Assembly (NCBI GenBank): GCA_964500605.1 | Contig: CAZCOS010000004.1 | Span: forward strand, 10,654-74,653 | From: an uncultured Sterolibacterium sp. | Lineage (GTDB): Bacteria; Pseudomonadota; Gammaproteobacteria; Burkholderiales; Rhodocyclaceae | DNA length: 64,000 nt | Direction: 5' to 3' | Shown: positions 61,700 through 64,000 of the stretch, in pieces | Numbering within the stretch: the stretch's first letter is position 1 | Layout of the letters: every line of letters starts with the position of its first letter | Translations under genes and position numbers: made by a program | The notes under the pieces: model-generated | The model's input: only the letters and a program-made list of their open reading frames with translations | The model's database searches: none | What the model was told of the DNA's origin: nothing

Positions 61700-63796
61700 A
61701 TGAACCCCGGCGCGCCCCTCCCTCTTCCGTTGGCTCTACGTCAGGATCTGCAGCTCTATCCATCCGGCCCCGGGCAAGATGGCGGGCCGACCTGGGTCAT
61801 CCAGGACCCTGTCAGCAACCGTTTTTTCCGAATCGGCTGGCTGGAATACGAATGTCTCCTGCGCTGGCCTGGCAGACCCGAGGACATCGCTGCCGACATC
61901 GAGGCACAAACGCCTTTGTCGATCGATAGCGGTCAGGTTGCCGAATTTGCCCGTTTTCTTGACCTGCACCAACTCACTCTCCCCTCCGACGAGACGCAAA
62001 AACGTGCAGTCAGACAGGCTCGAGAACCGGGTTGGCGACATTGGCGGTGGTGGCTGCATCACTATCTTTTCATCCGCATCCCCCTGATTCGCCCGCAGCG
62101 ATTTCTCGAAAACATCACCCCTTTGCTGGAACCGCTTTTCTCGCCGCTGGCCTTTTATACCCTGCTCGCCATCACACTCTTCGGCCTGTCGATGCTGGCC
62201 CATCAGTGGGAACACTTTTCTCACAGCATTCTCGACAGCCTGACACCGTCGGGTTTTCTCGGTTTTGCCCTGGCACTGATCCTTTCAAAATCACTGCATG
62301 AACTGGGACATGCCGTGACAGCCACACGCTACGGCGTACGCGTAGCACACATGGGTATCGCCTTTCTGGTGATGTGGCCCATGCTCTACACCGACACCGG
62401 AGAATCCTGGCGATTGCGCTCACACCGACAAAGACTCGCAATTTCTGCAGCCGGCATCGTAGTAGAGCTGGCACTGGCAGCCATTGCCACGCTGCTATGG
62501 GTCATACTCGACGATGGTGTCCTGCGGCAAGCCACCCTCTATCTCGCAACGACGGGCTGGCTGCTCTCCCTCGCCCTGAACTCCAGCCCCTTCATGCGCT
62601 TCGATGGTTATTTCATTCTCTCGGACCTCCTGAACTTTCCTAATTTGCATGAACGTTCCAGCGCATTGGCAAAAGTCTTCCTTCGCCGCCATCTTCTCGG
62701 GCTCTCCGATCTATGGCCGGAACCTTTACCCCAAAAAACCCGATTTACCCTCATCGCTTTCGCACTCACCACCTGGGTTTATCGGCTGCTGATCTTTCTC
62801 GGCATTGCCCTGACCGTGTATTTTTTCTTCTTCAAGGCACTGGGGATTTTGTTGATGCTGGTCGAGTTGATCTGGTTCATCGCCCGGCCGGCCTGGATGG
62901 AGGTTGCTGTGTGGAAAAAACGCTGGCCCGATGTTTCATCCAATCGGCGTCGCCTCATTTACACCTTACTAGGCATTTCCCTGCTGATTGGTCTGATTCC
63001 CTGGCAACTGAACATTGATACCCAGGGTGTTGCGCACGCTGAACGTCAGCAACAAGTATTTGCTCCGCTACCCGCCAGCCTGCACGAACTGCATCCTGGA
63101 GGCCCCGTCGAAGCCGGGCAGACAATCGCCATATTTAGCGCACCGGATATCATCGCGCGGGAAACACAGATCGCTGCCAGTGCTGAAGCTCTGGAACGCC
63201 GTCTGGCCGGCTTGCTTGTGACCCAAGGGGGCATCAATCAACAATCAAGCCTGAGCCAGCGACTCGAAGAACAGCAAACTGCCTTGCGCGGTCTGCGTGA
63301 AGAATCCGGGCGTCTGACGATCACCGCCGAATTCTCTGGTCTCTGGCGCGATGTCTCACCACTACTGCGCCCCGGAAGCTGGCTGGGAACACGCGACGCG
63401 CTGGGCATTCTGGTTGACCCGAAAAGCTGGGTTGTCGATGCTTATGTCGAACAGCGTTTGATCGGTCGCATCCAGCTCGGCGCGAAGGCTCGCTTTCTAC
63501 CCCAAGGCAGCCTGCGCGCGCTGGATGGGGAAGTCATCGAAATCGACACGACCCGTACCGCACGGCTTCCTTCGCTACTGGACAGCCGTCACGGCGGAAA
63601 CTTCACAACTCTCCCGGACGAACACGGTCACTCACCCACTGAGACCCTGTACCGCGTCCGTATCCGGCTGCAAGACAACCCAGAGGAAATTCATGAAATG
63701 CGTGGCAGCGTAGCCATTTCCAGCCAGCCTCGCAGCCTGATCTGGGAAGGGCTGAAAGGCTCACTCGCTGCACTCATTCGTGAAAGTGGGTTCTGA
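61700..63796 (+). CDS. Site-2 protease (M50) fused to N-terminal PqqD/RRE-like and C-terminal HlyD-like domains
   Basis: HELGH (62297-62311), NSSPFMRFDG (62579-62608), multiple TMs, C-terminal lipoyl/coiled coil/beta-barrel. Confidence 0.85.
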   Translation: MNPGAPLPLPLALRQDLQLYPSGPGQDGGPTWVIQDPVSNRFFRIGWLEYECLLRWPGRPEDIAADIEAQTPLSIDSGQVAEFARFLDLHQLTLPSDETQKRAVRQAREPGWRHWRWWLHHYLFIRIPLIRPQRFLENITPLLEPLFSPLAFYTLLAITLFGLSMLAHQWEHFSHSILDSLTPSGFLGFALALILSKSLHELGHAVTATRYGVRVAHMGIAFLVMWPMLYTDTGESWRLRSHRQRLAISAAGIVVELALAAIATLLWVILDDGVLRQATLYLATTGWLLSLALNSSPFMRFDGYFILSDLLNFPNLHERSSALAKVFLRRHLLGLSDLWPEPLPQKTRFTLIAFALTTWVYRLLIFLGIALTVYFFFFKALGILLMLVELIWFIARPAWMEVAVWKKRWPDVSSNRRRLIYTLLGISLLIGLIPWQLNIDTQGVAHAERQQQVFAPLPASLHELHPGGPVEAGQTIAIFSAPDIIARETQIAASAEALERRLAGLLVTQGGINQQSSLSQRLEEQQTALRGLREESGRLTITAEFSGLWRDVSPLLRPGSWLGTRDALGILVDPKSWVVDAYVEQRLIGRIQLGAKARFLPQGSLRALDGEVIEIDTTRTARLPSLLDSRHGGNFTTLPDEHGHSPTETLYRVRIRLQDNPEEIHEMRGSVAISSQPRSLIWEGLKGSLAALIRESGF

Positions 63797-63828
63797 CCCC
63801 GTTTCCGGGCCAATTTCGCCCAGAACGC

Positions 63829-64000
63829 TCAGAACGAATGAGCGGGGTGCGTGCCGATACTCATGATGTATTGCAATCCAAATTGTCTATCGCGGATATC
63901 GGGGCGGGAACGGTCGTTTGCGAGCTGCAAGCGCAGGCGCGAAAACGCGGAGGCAGACCAATCCACCATCAGGCTATCCCGTTTGGGTCGATAGGGTTTC
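63829..64000 (-). CDS. C-terminal fragment of an outer-membrane beta-barrel (zinc-regulated TonB-dependent receptor-like)
   Basis: Manual translation ...SLMVDWSASAFSRLRLQL...LQYIMSIGTHPAHSF*, resembling the LQYxMSxGxHxAHxF terminus. Confidence 0.65.
   Translation of the reverse strand, partial: KPYRPKRDSLMVDWSASAFSRLRLQLANDRSRPDIRDRQFGLQYIMSIGTHPAHSF

Overview
A 64 kb betaproteobacterial chromosomal segment, probably Rhodocyclales/Nitrosomonadales-like. This placement is inferred from gene content, EarP/Arg32 EF-P and a permuted tmRNA. Bases 1-38.8 kb are mostly core genes. They include the ndk-rlmN-pilW-rodZ-ispG-hisS-yfgM-bamB-der-hfq cluster, which is separated from hflXKC by an opposite-strand earP-efp-rpoE-rseABC-grx-udg-uvrC-pgsA block. 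Also present are three tRNAs, mrcA-cyaY-lptM-lysA, parC, a circularly permuted two-piece tmRNA (tag ANDERFALAA), rbgA, yciB-yciI-bolA, DUF47-pit and pilCD. Bases 39-47.3 kb hold a Cus/Sil-type Cu/Ag efflux system with its two-component regulator and a cop box. Bases 47.6-63.8 kb are the most interesting part. They encode a ~3,400-aa LEPR-XLL/DUF4347 giant adhesin-like gene, split by one frameshift and carrying a ~606-bp exact duplication, followed by a TolC-like lipoprotein and three membrane-fusion-type proteins. The last of these is fused to an M50 site-2 protease with a PqqD/RRE-like N-terminus. No ABC or RND transporter is present in this operon, which suggests a non-canonical, protease-coupled type I-like export system. 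All family calls come from motif recognition by eye; no searches were run.
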